Assembly (NCBI GenBank): GCA_016839365.1
Contig: JAEOUH010000071.1
Span: 26,865 to 90,864, forward strand
DNA: 64,000 nucleotides
Source: Candidatus Hermodarchaeota archaeon
GTDB taxonomy: Archaea; Asgardarchaeota; Hermodarchaeia; Hermodarchaeales; Hermodarchaeaceae
Direction: 5' to 3'
The position numbers and the translations under genes were made by a program. The notes below the pieces were generated by a model. The model was not told where the DNA came from and made no database searches. It was given only the letters and a program-made list of their open reading frames with translations. Position 1 is the first letter of the stretch. Each line of letters begins with the position of its first letter. Shown in pieces: positions 1-10,067 of this stretch.

Positions 1-173
1 TCATTGAAGTGGGTAGCCATCATCTGTTTATTGGTGACGTGGTCGCTGCCCATATTAACGAGGAGGTACTGAATGCTGAGGGCGAACCTGACTTGGCAAA
101 GATGGCGATTTTCACATATAATCCGCTAGTTTCACAATATTGGGCAGTTAATGAATTCCTGCGAAATCGATGA
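1..173 (+). CDS. Flavin reductase family protein, 3' end (truncated by window start)
   Basis: Frame starting at nt 3 reads IEVGSHHLFIGDVVAAHINEEVL...RNR* (TGA 171-173). GxHxLFIGxV is the flavin-reductase C-terminal motif. Not in the ORF track because it has no start. Confidence 0.75.
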   Translation, partial: IEVGSHHLFIGDVVAAHINEEVLNAEGEPDLAKMAIFTYNPLVSQYWAVNEFLRNR

Positions 174-303
174 GACACAATAATCGATTCATCAGGGCAA
201 TTTTCCATCCAAGATGGAGTGCCGATAAAGTCAATCTTTTAATTACCGTTTTACTTAAAGTCCATAGGATACCTACTGAGCCGCACTTGGTGGAGGAGCG
301 GTA

Positions 304-1293
304 TTGACAAAACCAAGCACAATAAAATACCTAGCTATACTAGGCGGAGTTGGAGCTGTAATCAGCCCATTCATTGCCCTCACCATGTCAATAGCAACGC
401 TTCCCCGCTATTATTATATTCCCCTCTATTACATATACGGTGCAGGTTCCATTTTGTTTTTCCTGTTATTTTTGACTGGATTATTGGCGTTAATTCTGAC
501 CATCCACACCGCACAATTTACTTCTAAGATGCCACAACGAGCAGCCACAGACTTGAAAACAGTTGGCATCGTTGTTATCATCGTGGGCATAATCTCAATA
601 TTCAACCTGGTAACCATCATCTCGGGCTTGCTTATTTTAGCTGCTGGCGTCGAATGTAGTTCAATTTGGCAAAAAATTCGTCAGGCTCGAACGAAAACTG
701 GATGGCCTTTTAACACGGTTGCTACAGCAGCAGGAAGCACTTGGGCGCGAAGAATGTCATGCCAATTTTGTGGAGCACCTCTTGTCATTATGACTGCATC
801 ATCCTATGGGCATTTAGTTCACATTGACACCCAATGTCCGTTGGATGAAACTCATGAGACCCTTCAACTCCCGCTTTCTCAATTAGATATTTGGGCTCCA
901 GTAGCTGCTGATCGGCTGCATCGCTGTGTGAAATGTGGGGAACGAACCATCGCTCAAATCATTATTCGCCAAACTCACGTCTCCTCTCAATTACAAGCAT
1001 ATTGTCCTCATGGACACCCCAACCGAATCTACCGAAGCATTTGGACACCACTCTACCCTTATGTAGCCCGCATACCGAGTACAGATATTGGTTTCCAGGA
1101 AGCCCGAATCACACCCCGATTCCGCCCAGCTATATTCACTCCTCAAATAGAACCCCGTCAACAACCCATAACCATATCATATAGTAATATTGAAAGTATA
1201 CGTACCGGACCGATAGGATACTGCACTCAATGTGGTGTAAAAATTGAATCCTCTGATCGATACTGCTTCCGGTGTGGCGCATCCATCCGATAG
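304..1293 (+). CDS. Membrane protein with N-terminal TM helices, two CxxC...CP zinc modules and a C-terminal double zinc ribbon
   Basis: Hydrophobic segments in aa 1-120; CQFC..CPLD, CVKC..CPHGH; terminal CTQCG...CFRCG; GGAGG upstream of the TTG start. Confidence 0.75.
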   Translation: MTKPSTIKYLAILGGVGAVISPFIALTMSIATLPRYYYIPLYYIYGAGSILFFLLFLTGLLALILTIHTAQFTSKMPQRAATDLKTVGIVVIIVGIISIFNLVTIISGLLILAAGVECSSIWQKIRQARTKTGWPFNTVATAAGSTWARRMSCQFCGAPLVIMTASSYGHLVHIDTQCPLDETHETLQLPLSQLDIWAPVAADRLHRCVKCGERTIAQIIIRQTHVSSQLQAYCPHGHPNRIYRSIWTPLYPYVARIPSTDIGFQEARITPRFRPAIFTPQIEPRQQPITISYSNIESIRTGPIGYCTQCGVKIESSDRYCFRCGASIR

Positions 1294-1296
1294 AAA

Positions 1297-1830
1297 GTGA
1301 AACTTATGGTTCAAGCAGCAATTGAAGCAAACTTTACCTGTTCATGTGGAACACCCTTCATTGTGATGACACTCGATCCAGCTCCAAACGATAAAATCAA
1401 CGCTTTATTGGTCTGCCCGCGACACAGGGTGGGCCATCACATAACCCTTGACCATTCAGGCCTGGATCTGTGGATAAGCGTCGTTGCGAATCACCTGTAT
1501 CGGTGTGGTGTGTGTGGTCGAGAACTTACTCCACCGAGTGCAGTCAGTTCCACAGACATTGCCACCACCTTCACGCTTAACTGCCCTGTTCACGGCTCAC
1601 AAAACAACACACGAACCGTATGGAGTGTATTGCATCGGCGCCTTCTCTCTGAAATCCAACAACAACGGGAACTACCGGTCCCTGAAGAAACATCAACAGT
1701 TCCCGATAAACCGAAAACACAACCCGCTGTGGAAGACCCTGGAGTAAAAGCCACGTTTTGCCCCCAGTGTGGAAAGAAAATCCGCCCCCAAGATAATTTT
1801 TGCTTCATTTGCGGTAGCGCTATAGACTAG
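1297..1830 (+). CDS. Soluble multi-zinc-module protein, paralog of the C-terminal part of the upstream gene
   Basis: CSCG..CPRH, CGVC..CPVHG, terminal CPQCG...CFICG; starts 3 nt after the upstream stop. Confidence 0.75.
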   Translation: MKLMVQAAIEANFTCSCGTPFIVMTLDPAPNDKINALLVCPRHRVGHHITLDHSGLDLWISVVANHLYRCGVCGRELTPPSAVSSTDIATTFTLNCPVHGSQNNTRTVWSVLHRRLLSEIQQQRELPVPEETSTVPDKPKTQPAVEDPGVKATFCPQCGKKIRPQDNFCFICGSAID

Positions 1831-1945
1831 CTAGTTTCTGTTAATATTTTCAAGTCAATTGAGGTAGGTTTTCTTGGGTAAGCTCCAGATATAGGTAGGA
1901 CTTTATAGGTTAAGCACAAAGTCGCTTCCTATTGGTGAGATCTCC

Positions 1946-2521
1946 ATGAGAACGCGGAATATAATAGGCGTTATACTCGCCATTATTGCTGGTATTGGAC
2001 TAATTCTTGCTGGCTATTCAGTTAACGCAGGAATCTTAGTGTATCTCCAACTAATTTGGACAACTTTTAGCCTTCCTCCAGAATTATGGCCTATTGTACT
2101 CATCGTCAATGGCATACTTGATGCTCTTGCTCTAGGTGGTGGCTTTACCGTACTTGCTGGAGCGCTTGTCGTCATTCTGGGCTGGGAAGGTTGGGGCCGA
2201 TGGCTAATCAAAGTCGGGACCGGAATTAGTATTTTTTCCATGATATGGCGTATTGGAATGCACGCCTACTCCTATATTCTAGCAAATCCAGGATTTACCA
2301 TAATGGATTTAGTTATCGAATCAATGTTCTTTACCTTCCAAATCTTCATAACACATCCTGTGGGTTGGGCGTTAATCTTAAGCCTAATTGCTCAGCAATT
2401 GATTGTTAAGGTTCCTAGAAGTGAGGCACGACGTGAGAAAGAAGAGAACCGAGCGAAAAAAGAACAGGAACTCAAAGAAGAAAAACCTAGCAAAGATGAA
2501 GAAATAGAAAAGGACGAATAA
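1946..2521 (+). CDS. Hypothetical polytopic membrane protein
   Basis: About 4-5 hydrophobic Gly-rich segments and a highly charged C-terminal tail; GGTGA upstream. Confidence 0.7.
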   Translation: MRTRNIIGVILAIIAGIGLILAGYSVNAGILVYLQLIWTTFSLPPELWPIVLIVNGILDALALGGGFTVLAGALVVILGWEGWGRWLIKVGTGISIFSMIWRIGMHAYSYILANPGFTIMDLVIESMFFTFQIFITHPVGWALILSLIAQQLIVKVPRSEARREKEENRAKKEQELKEEKPSKDEEIEKDE

Positions 2522-2599
2522 TTTGTTCTTTGAATATTCGTATCTATCCCAGATCCTGCTATGGGTTCAAGGAGGATTATTGTCTCAAGATTGGTGAGG

Positions 2600-4180
2600 T
2601 TAGGCTGAATCGAAAAATGCTTTGCCAAAAGAGTGGAACAATAGTTCTTTGATCATTGGTGCTGCAGGATTTTGACTGGCATACATAAAGTATACTAGGC
2701 TCCCAAAAATAGGAACAAGCATGCTACTTGAGAACGCTTTCCATGAATTAATTCGTAATTTAGGTCGCCAGATATCCAGGTTAAGTTTCCATGCCCGTTT
2801 AAAGACTTCCCATTGTAAATCAGTTAAGGCTTCGATTTCTGGCTGACTTCCCGTACTTAGAATCGATGGACGTAATGGTACCCATAGGAGAGGTGTGACA
2901 AAGAGCCTCATTCCTTTCATGTCGTCGAGGAGTTCAAGTGTAGCGTTTACATCTTCTTCCTCTTCTTCAGGTAAACCTACTAGCCAAGTTGTGAGAGGGA
3001 ACCACCGATTATCGTTGAGAATGCCAATAGCTTGTTTCACGATTTCAGGCCACTGTTCAGGTTTGAAGGGAATCGATTTCCCAGCCATCCGTTTTTTAAA
3101 GAGGCGGACACTGCCAGTTTCAATCCCTGCTTCAGCGGTGACATAGGGTTGGCCACCCCGTCGATACCGGCCATGTGAGACAAGAAGTTCTGCAACCTCT
3201 TCAGTACATTTGGGATCCGCCACAACCGGGGCTAAGGCAATATGAGCTGGCTGAATATATTTCAACCCGGGAACCTTGACCAGATTTTCAATTAGATTCA
3301 CTATTGCTTTCCGATTTGGTATAAAGCGTGAAGAGTTCAATCCATAGAGAAATAGGTCCTCAGTAGCCAAAATGGTCATATCATTTCCAGATTCAACATT
3401 GACAATGACTTCCTTGAGGATTTGATCCAAGGAAACTGAAAAGCGAGTACGTTGCGTAGGCGAACAAAATTGGCACCCACGACCACAACCTCGCGTAATC
3501 TCAACAGTGCCATGAAGAGACCCCCCTCGAATGACTGGGATTTCTTCGGGTTTTCGAAGCACACCACCAGTCGTGGTAGTAGGAAGCCGTTCACCCTTTA
3601 CTGCTTGATTAAAAAGCTTTACAACGGAGGGTCCGACCTCGCCTGTTACAACACAGTCAATGCCAAGGCTTTCTCGCGCAGTAGGTCCTCCAACCTGCCA
3701 GGCACCAGCTCCCCCGACAATGACCTTTGCCTGCCCTTTGTCATGTATCTTGGCGATTGGGGTGTTTCTTAAGAGATGCTTAAACGCGCGTCGATTTCGA
3801 GGCTCTGTACCAAGCGCGAACATACTCGAATATGTAAGGCTCACATAAGCAATGCCTAATGGATCCATGCTTGAGATCCCGACTACACGTGTATCGGCTC
3901 CGATGAATTGCTTCAAGTTCTTAGGATGTACTACTGCTAAATCAGATTCATCAAAACCATTATTGAGAAGTAGTGCCTCTACTTTCCTTAGCCCATAAGG
4001 TGCGATGCTGGCTCGACCATTAGGCAGATCATCTTCTTTGGGCATGTAAAAAGGCTTGAGGAAGCTGGGTATGAGAAGAAATGACCCAGCGAATGCTCCA
4101 AATGGGTCATCACCAAAATGACTCATTTCAATTTCGGAAGCAGTTAATATGATTTTTGTGCCGTTCCTCGTTTGAGCCAT
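2600..4180 (-). CDS. B12-binding radical SAM protein of the archaeal GDGT-modifying (Grs/Gms/Gmm-like) family
   Basis: CxxxCxxC (RGCGRGCQFC), N-terminal IILTA...APYGLRKVEALL, MDPLG and IVGGAGAWQ motifs, GIETGS. Confidence 0.75.
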   Translation of the reverse strand: MAQTRNGTKIILTASEIEMSHFGDDPFGAFAGSFLLIPSFLKPFYMPKEDDLPNGRASIAPYGLRKVEALLLNNGFDESDLAVVHPKNLKQFIGADTRVVGISSMDPLGIAYVSLTYSSMFALGTEPRNRRAFKHLLRNTPIAKIHDKGQAKVIVGGAGAWQVGGPTARESLGIDCVVTGEVGPSVVKLFNQAVKGERLPTTTTGGVLRKPEEIPVIRGGSLHGTVEITRGCGRGCQFCSPTQRTRFSVSLDQILKEVIVNVESGNDMTILATEDLFLYGLNSSRFIPNRKAIVNLIENLVKVPGLKYIQPAHIALAPVVADPKCTEEVAELLVSHGRYRRGGQPYVTAEAGIETGSVRLFKKRMAGKSIPFKPEQWPEIVKQAIGILNDNRWFPLTTWLVGLPEEEEEDVNATLELLDDMKGMRLFVTPLLWVPLRPSILSTGSQPEIEALTDLQWEVFKRAWKLNLDIWRPKLRINSWKAFSSSMLVPIFGSLVYFMYASQNPAAPMIKELLFHSFGKAFFDSA

Positions 4181-4275
4181 TTAACGACCTCATGAGAGCG
4201 CGCAACGGGTCAATGCTTTCTTAATCCACAAAAAGCTTCTGCCTATTAATAAGAAAAAAGAATTGAGGAGTTCAA

Positions 4276-4737
4276 TTAAGGTTGCTCGAATTGAGATTGC
4301 AGGTTTTTGAGTGTCTGGCGAGCATCGGCCCGAATCTGTTCATCAAGTTGTTGCCGGGTCTCTTCATCGAGTTTGCGTCCAAGGAATACTTCAGGCAAGT
4401 CATAGGTGATTTCGTAAGTCACCCGTGTACCGTTCGCGGTGTGCTCGAAAAACCACCGAGCATCCTTGAAAGGTTGTCCCGAAAGTGATCGAACGTGTAA
4501 GGATCGACCTAGTTGAAGTTCAACAACTTCTAATTCTTGAGTAAAGCGAAAGTCCTTGACACTGACGCCCATAGCGAAGCGGGCACCGACACCCCATAGG
4601 GCCTCTGTGGTTGGATCATAGCTTGTTACTGAAGCGATGAGCTTGGGAACATTCCGATGATTTACGGCATATTTGAACACTTGCTCAAGAGGAGCTTTGA
4701 TTTCGATACTTTCGCTGACATCTGTCATTTTCTGCAT
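4276..4737 (-). CDS. SRPBCC (START/polyketide-cyclase-like) family protein
   Basis: SIEIKAPLEQVF...GVGARF...GTRVTYEITY pattern; 153 aa. Confidence 0.8.
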   Translation of the reverse strand: MQKMTDVSESIEIKAPLEQVFKYAVNHRNVPKLIASVTSYDPTTEALWGVGARFAMGVSVKDFRFTQELEVVELQLGRSLHVRSLSGQPFKDARWFFEHTANGTRVTYEITYDLPEVFLGRKLDEETRQQLDEQIRADARQTLKNLQSQFEQP

Positions 4738-4773
4738 CCTTCTATTCTTAGCTAGCCTTTCAGTTCTTAAAAT

Positions 4774-6102
4774 TTAGCGATGTAAGTATTCATCCCATTC
4801 GAAATCTGTAATCGTTTCGTGTGTGTATCGATGCCATTCCGCTTCCCGAATAGCTTTGTAAACATCACAGAACTTTTTGCCTAGAACCTCACATAGAACA
4901 TCGTCACTATGGAGCGCATGAAGCGCGCCCTTGAGAGATTCAGGAAGTTGTAATATTTTCATTTGGTTCAATCTTTTTGGCGTAAGTTCGTATACATTTT
5001 CAGTGACAGGTTCTGGAGGCTGAAGTTTACGTTGAACACCAGTAATACCCGCGCCCAGTAAAACAGCGAATAGAAGGTATGGATTCGCAAGAGGGTCGGG
5101 AGAACGGAATTCCACCGCAGCTTTTTCAACACTGTTGAAGAGAGGAATTCGTATCAGTGTTGAACGGTTAAGATAACCCCAACTTATGTAAACTGGGGCT
5201 TCAAACCCGGGAACCAGTCGTTTGAAGGAATTCACCGTCGGATTAGCTAGCGCTGTGATTCCAGGAGCATGTTTGAGTAGACCAGCAACGAAATGTAATC
5301 CGGTGTCAGAGAGGGTGCCATCAGGCATTCCTAATAAGTTTTGATTGCCTTTCCATAGTTGGAGATGACAATGAAGACCACTCCCTGCTTCACTGGAAAA
5401 GGGTTTAGGCATGAAACTAACTTCAACATCATAGAGGGCGGCGCGTCGGCGGAGAAGCAGTTTGAAGATTATGAAATTGTCTGCGGCTTGTCCGAGCTCA
5501 GTGAAAGCTAGTTCAATTTCCTGTTGGCTTTGTCCATGCTCTGAATGTAGCCAAGCCGTTTCGATTCCGATAGCTCGTAAATCAAGGGCTGTTTCAAGCA
5601 GAAGATCCATACCCCGATTTTCAGGAAAAATATCCGCATATTCTGCGTCGTCGAGTGGCACCCCATCTGTGGTCAAGAAGTAGAATTCTGGTTCGAGTTT
5701 GACTCGTATTTGAAGACCATTGGCAGCGAGCTGTTCCAGGTTCTGTTTTAGAATTGTGCGTGGTGCCATTGGATGAGGAGTGAGGTCTCCATCTGGTCCA
5801 CGTTGGTAAACGTCAGCAATGACTACTGCGCGTCGAGGATGGCTATTTGGTAATTCTTGAATAGTGGAAATATCTGGAACCAACTGGAGATCTGATGTAG
5901 TAATTGAGGCTAATCCCTTCACCGACGACCCATCAACACCACAACTGGGAACCAGGGAGGAGTCCTTCTTGAGTGCTGAAATGGAATCAACGGGGTTGAT
6001 GGGTACCGTCATGCCCTTGGGAACACCATCAATATCGACCGTGAGTAATTCGACGAAGTGCAGTTTTCCTCGGCTTTCAGCTGGATTCATTTCACCAGGC
6101 AT
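4774..6102 (-). CDS. glnA: Glutamine synthetase (type I family)
   Basis: DGSS, EPEFY, HSEHGQSQQE, FMPKP, GSGLHCH, PGFEAP, NRSTLIRIP, EFRSPD motifs. Confidence 0.88.
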   Translation of the reverse strand: MPGEMNPAESRGKLHFVELLTVDIDGVPKGMTVPINPVDSISALKKDSSLVPSCGVDGSSVKGLASITTSDLQLVPDISTIQELPNSHPRRAVVIADVYQRGPDGDLTPHPMAPRTILKQNLEQLAANGLQIRVKLEPEFYFLTTDGVPLDDAEYADIFPENRGMDLLLETALDLRAIGIETAWLHSEHGQSQQEIELAFTELGQAADNFIIFKLLLRRRAALYDVEVSFMPKPFSSEAGSGLHCHLQLWKGNQNLLGMPDGTLSDTGLHFVAGLLKHAPGITALANPTVNSFKRLVPGFEAPVYISWGYLNRSTLIRIPLFNSVEKAAVEFRSPDPLANPYLLFAVLLGAGITGVQRKLQPPEPVTENVYELTPKRLNQMKILQLPESLKGALHALHSDDVLCEVLGKKFCDVYKAIREAEWHRYTHETITDFEWDEYLHR

Positions 6103-6251
6103 ACTTGGACCTCCACTCTATAATTGGGAGAGATAGAACAGGGATGTGTGCTTTTAAAGCTTGATATGGAGTATATCTACCATCAATCCTTCATAGATTT
6201 GGATAAGTTTATTGGGATATACCCCGTTTTGAGCATAAGAGGGCAATCTGT

Positions 6252-8183
6252 ATGAAAGGGGCGCGATCACTTTTTTGTCTCCTCCTTATCCTGCTCTTTC
6301 TTCTTCCTTCAAACGCCCCAATCGATTTTAGGACCTCCCAATCATCGCCAACTCCTCAAATGGTCTCAACCTTACCCAATAGGGACCAGGTATTAGATTC
6401 CTCACCAGAGAAGTCGACGTTTTCGTCGAATGGAAATGCTCCCCGGAATTGGACAGTTCTTGTGTATATGGCTGCAGACAATGATCAGGAATTTGCTGCC
6501 ATTGAAAACATCAAAGAAATGGAAGTTGTTGGGTCAACCGAGCAGGTGAATATCCTAGTCTATGTGGATTTCCTGACTAACAACACAAGCTATGGTCCAG
6601 GAGCCTACACCTTCAATATTACAAAGGATGAGCCGCCGTTGAATAACACAATTGTTTCTGAGCCCTTGAATACTACGCTACCTGATGAGCCCAATATGGG
6701 GGATCCCACTACTCTTTTCGGCTTTATCGAATTTGGCCAAAACTATTCTCAGGCCGCTAACTATCTCCTCATCCTATGGGATAAGGGAGGAGGTTACAAG
6801 GGAGTATGTTATGATGACACCAGTGGTGGAGACCATCTCCTCCTTCCTGAACTCGCGACTGTCCTCGAAAATGATACCCTCGAGCCCATCACTCTCATTG
6901 CCTTTGACGCTTCATTCATGGGGCAAATGGAACTCGCTTACGAGTTAAAGGACAGCACCGAGTTCATCGTTTTCTCAGAAGAGGCAGTTCCTAACCAGCA
7001 TTTCCCCTACCACATTATTTTCAATAGCCTCATTTCACACGAAGATTCAAGTCCATACTTATTGGCGAAAGAAATCATTGACCGCTACATTGAAGCCTAC
7101 TCCCCCCTCGGAACATACCATAATCCAGTTTCACCACAGACTCGGCTTTGCCTTTCAGTCGTTAACACAACACTAGTAGGTGATGTCTTCGATTGGTTCA
7201 ATCGAACCACTACCTGGCTAACCACTGGTTATAACACTCTTACTTACTATCAAGAAATCAGTGCCGCACGGGGATTAACTCAACAGTTCAACCTGCCTTA
7301 CTACATCGATTTAGGTGGCTTCGCCTATCAACTCTCACAGTTAATACAGAATATCACATTCACACATTATACTGGGAATCTTAGCCTCAGTATTCAGGCA
7401 GCAGTTTCCTACAACCGTGCCCTCTCCGGGCTACCTGGTACGTCAGGGCTAGCCATAAATTTCAACTCTTATGAGCCAGTGTCACTGGCACTTCTAAATA
7501 ATGCCGTATACGAAGAGTTTCTTTCCACGTTCCTTAGCCTTGGAGAAACAACAGACACCTCCATTATCTCATTGACACTTGGTCCCCTTCAGGGGTACCT
7601 GGATGGAAAAGATGACTCCGTATTTTATCGGTTCACCTCACAAATCGCTGTGGAGCATACCATCACGCTTGGCGCATTTCAATCCACTGACGACGACTTT
7701 GACCTCTATTTATATGATAGTAATCTGAACCTCCTCACCCGATCTGTCGGCTTAGCATCCGATGAAGCCATACAATGGGTTCTGATTCCTGGACGGCTCT
7801 ACTATATACATGTTCATTCCAGTCCACGAGCTGAGATCACATATGGACTCGGTTCATTTGAAGTGCGTATAATTCCAAGTTCACCGATTAATCCAGCAAC
7901 AGTTGCACTGCATATTGGAATCATCGTGGCCATCATCTGTTTACTCTTTCTTGCGCTCTACATCATCTGGCGTAATCGAGAACACATCACAGGAGCCATT
8001 GAACGATATCGGGTCCGACGAGTGGCGAGGCGACTCCAACCTGAAGCATCGACGGGAACTATACAATCAACCGCTACGCCCGGAGCTTGTTTGAAGTGTG
8101 GTGAACAGCTCCCTGAGGATGCACGATTCTGCCCCAACTGCGGCGAAACTTTCGAGGATTCTTCAGGCGAGACCAAGGATTAG
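6252..8183 (+). CDS. Clostripain (peptidase C11)-like surface protein with PPC-like domain, C-terminal TM helix and cytoplasmic zinc ribbon; catalytic His and Cys both replaced
   Basis: Signal peptide; WTVLVYMAADND, EPNMGDP, LILWDKGGG, FDASFM, SEE motifs; DFDLYLYD PPC-like segment; TM helix IGIIVAIICLLFLALYIIW; CLKCG..CPNCG. Confidence 0.8.
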   Translation: MKGARSLFCLLLILLFLLPSNAPIDFRTSQSSPTPQMVSTLPNRDQVLDSSPEKSTFSSNGNAPRNWTVLVYMAADNDQEFAAIENIKEMEVVGSTEQVNILVYVDFLTNNTSYGPGAYTFNITKDEPPLNNTIVSEPLNTTLPDEPNMGDPTTLFGFIEFGQNYSQAANYLLILWDKGGGYKGVCYDDTSGGDHLLLPELATVLENDTLEPITLIAFDASFMGQMELAYELKDSTEFIVFSEEAVPNQHFPYHIIFNSLISHEDSSPYLLAKEIIDRYIEAYSPLGTYHNPVSPQTRLCLSVVNTTLVGDVFDWFNRTTTWLTTGYNTLTYYQEISAARGLTQQFNLPYYIDLGGFAYQLSQLIQNITFTHYTGNLSLSIQAAVSYNRALSGLPGTSGLAINFNSYEPVSLALLNNAVYEEFLSTFLSLGETTDTSIISLTLGPLQGYLDGKDDSVFYRFTSQIAVEHTITLGAFQSTDDDFDLYLYDSNLNLLTRSVGLASDEAIQWVLIPGRLYYIHVHSSPRAEITYGLGSFEVRIIPSSPINPATVALHIGIIVAIICLLFLALYIIWRNREHITGAIERYRVRRVARRLQPEASTGTIQSTATPGACLKCGEQLPEDARFCPNCGETFEDSSGETKD

Positions 8184-9967
8184 TCCTTGAGAAGGGCTTC
8201 TAGTTGGGATATGAACTCTTCAGCTTGCTTCATGCCCAGGCCCCAGAAGTCTTCCTTCGAAATATCAAAGCCTAGTTCATCCGCCAGTTCTCGTGGGGAG
8301 CTAGTACTGCCTGCTGAGAGTAGTCGCCTAAGCTTAGGTACGAAGTCCTGTCCTTGTTCTTTATAGAGCCGGTAAAGAGCATACACAAACAAATTAGCAA
8401 AAACGTATGGGTAGTTGTAAAGTCGATACCTAGGAATGTAGTAATGTCCCTTGAAGGTCCACTCCCACTTGCTTTCTGGCAGCCACTCTACTGCATCGCC
8501 AAACATACGGTCTCGACCCTCCACCCAGTATTTCGAAATAGTTTCTCCGTCAAGATACTCACCTCGCTCAAATGCAGCATACATATCCATTTCGAAGAAA
8601 TATCGAGCAGTGACTTGGAATACGGTTTGTCCAAATTCGTCAAGGACCCTTCCTAACACTTCCAACTTCTCATCCTTGGTTTTTGCTTCAGCAAGGAGTT
8701 TGTCTGTGAGAAGTAGTTCGCCAAAGATACTCCCAACTTCTGCAATACAGCTGCCGATATCCATATTGATGGGTTTGTGTTTTGCAGTCATGAGATAATC
8801 GTGGACGGCATGACCGTTCTCATGGACTAAGGTAAAGACTTCGCCCAGTTTGCCATTATAGCTCATAAGGATGAATGCTGACTTTCCTGCATTCCAGGAG
8901 GCACAGAATGCTCCTTGGCGTTTGCCTTCACGAACATCTCCATCAATGCGGTGCTTATCAAACATTTCCGCAACAATTTCAGCAAGATCCGGATCAAATC
9001 CTTGGTAAGTATCGAAGGCTATTTGCCGAGCTTCGTTCCATGTGAAACTGTGTTCAGGCATATTGGGTAATGGTGCGACCACGTCCCATTCACCGAGTTT
9101 GGGGACCTTCATTATCTTCGCTTTCAATCGAAGATACTTCTGATAAAGAGCAGTATGGTTATCGACGGTATTGATCAGCGCATCGATGGTCTCGTCATCA
9201 ACATCGTTGTCAATAAGGCTCTGTGTACGAGGAGATGGCCATTTACGTTTCTTGCTAGTCTCTACATGGTCACCGATTATGGCACGGACAGCACTGGCCC
9301 AGAGAATCTGGTCTTTTCCAAGACCTGTCCAGATGATGCTCTTAGCCGCTTTACGAACATCACGATCTGAGTCCTCGAAGAGGGCATGAATCTGTGTGAA
9401 CGGCATTTGCTTCAGCTCCCCTTCGATTTCAATTTCAAACATCCGTGTCGAGAGCCAGTCACTATGGAGCTGCTGCCAAGAGTTAATGCCAAACTGGTCC
9501 TTCTGAATAATCAGTTGCTCAAGCTCTTCACTTAGCATATGTGGTGCGGTCCGAGCTGCCTTTTCAAGAGCATGTTTGTACTCAGCTAGCTCAGGATTCT
9601 TAATAAGTTCAGGTCTCGCTGCAACCAACTGGGCAAGTTCTATCTCTGAGAAAGCCAACAGTTGTCCTATCTTCGAGCTCATTCGTCTTGCCAAATCAGC
9701 TACCTGTTTGGCATCTTCGTCAAGCGAATTGGCGGCGTAAGCAAGATATGCATATAAGAACGCCCCTTCACGTTTCAAATACTGGTCTTGGGTTTTTTCG
9801 AGAAACGATAACAATTCCTTTGGGTTTAGCTTTCTGATTTTTCCTTTATACTCAGATGCCAACGCTTCTGCATCTTGGACTGCTTTTTCCATTTGCATTT
9901 TCAAACTGTCGAGTTTCGTCGAAGGAACCATTGGGCTTAGGTCCCACGACTCACCTTTAATCGTCAT
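8180..9967 (-). CDS. pepF: Oligoendopeptidase F (peptidase M3B)
   Basis: WDLS N-terminus, GKRQGAFC, HENGH (HExxH), AEVGSIFGE, YNYPY. Start set at MTIKGESWDL because the longer ORF overlaps the kinase gene. Confidence 0.88.
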   Translation of the reverse strand: MTIKGESWDLSPMVPSTKLDSLKMQMEKAVQDAEALASEYKGKIRKLNPKELLSFLEKTQDQYLKREGAFLYAYLAYAANSLDEDAKQVADLARRMSSKIGQLLAFSEIELAQLVAARPELIKNPELAEYKHALEKAARTAPHMLSEELEQLIIQKDQFGINSWQQLHSDWLSTRMFEIEIEGELKQMPFTQIHALFEDSDRDVRKAAKSIIWTGLGKDQILWASAVRAIIGDHVETSKKRKWPSPRTQSLIDNDVDDETIDALINTVDNHTALYQKYLRLKAKIMKVPKLGEWDVVAPLPNMPEHSFTWNEARQIAFDTYQGFDPDLAEIVAEMFDKHRIDGDVREGKRQGAFCASWNAGKSAFILMSYNGKLGEVFTLVHENGHAVHDYLMTAKHKPINMDIGSCIAEVGSIFGELLLTDKLLAEAKTKDEKLEVLGRVLDEFGQTVFQVTARYFFEMDMYAAFERGEYLDGETISKYWVEGRDRMFGDAVEWLPESKWEWTFKGHYYIPRYRLYNYPYVFANLFVYALYRLYKEQGQDFVPKLRRLLSAGSTSSPRELADELGFDISKEDFWGLGMKQAEEFISQLEALLKD

Positions 9968-10067
9968 AATAGTACGCCCCATCATGCAATGAGGTTTGGG
10001 GTTAAAAGTTACGTGGATGAATAAGCTTTGACTAAACACGCTGAAGATAAGCGAATTCCAACTCCTG

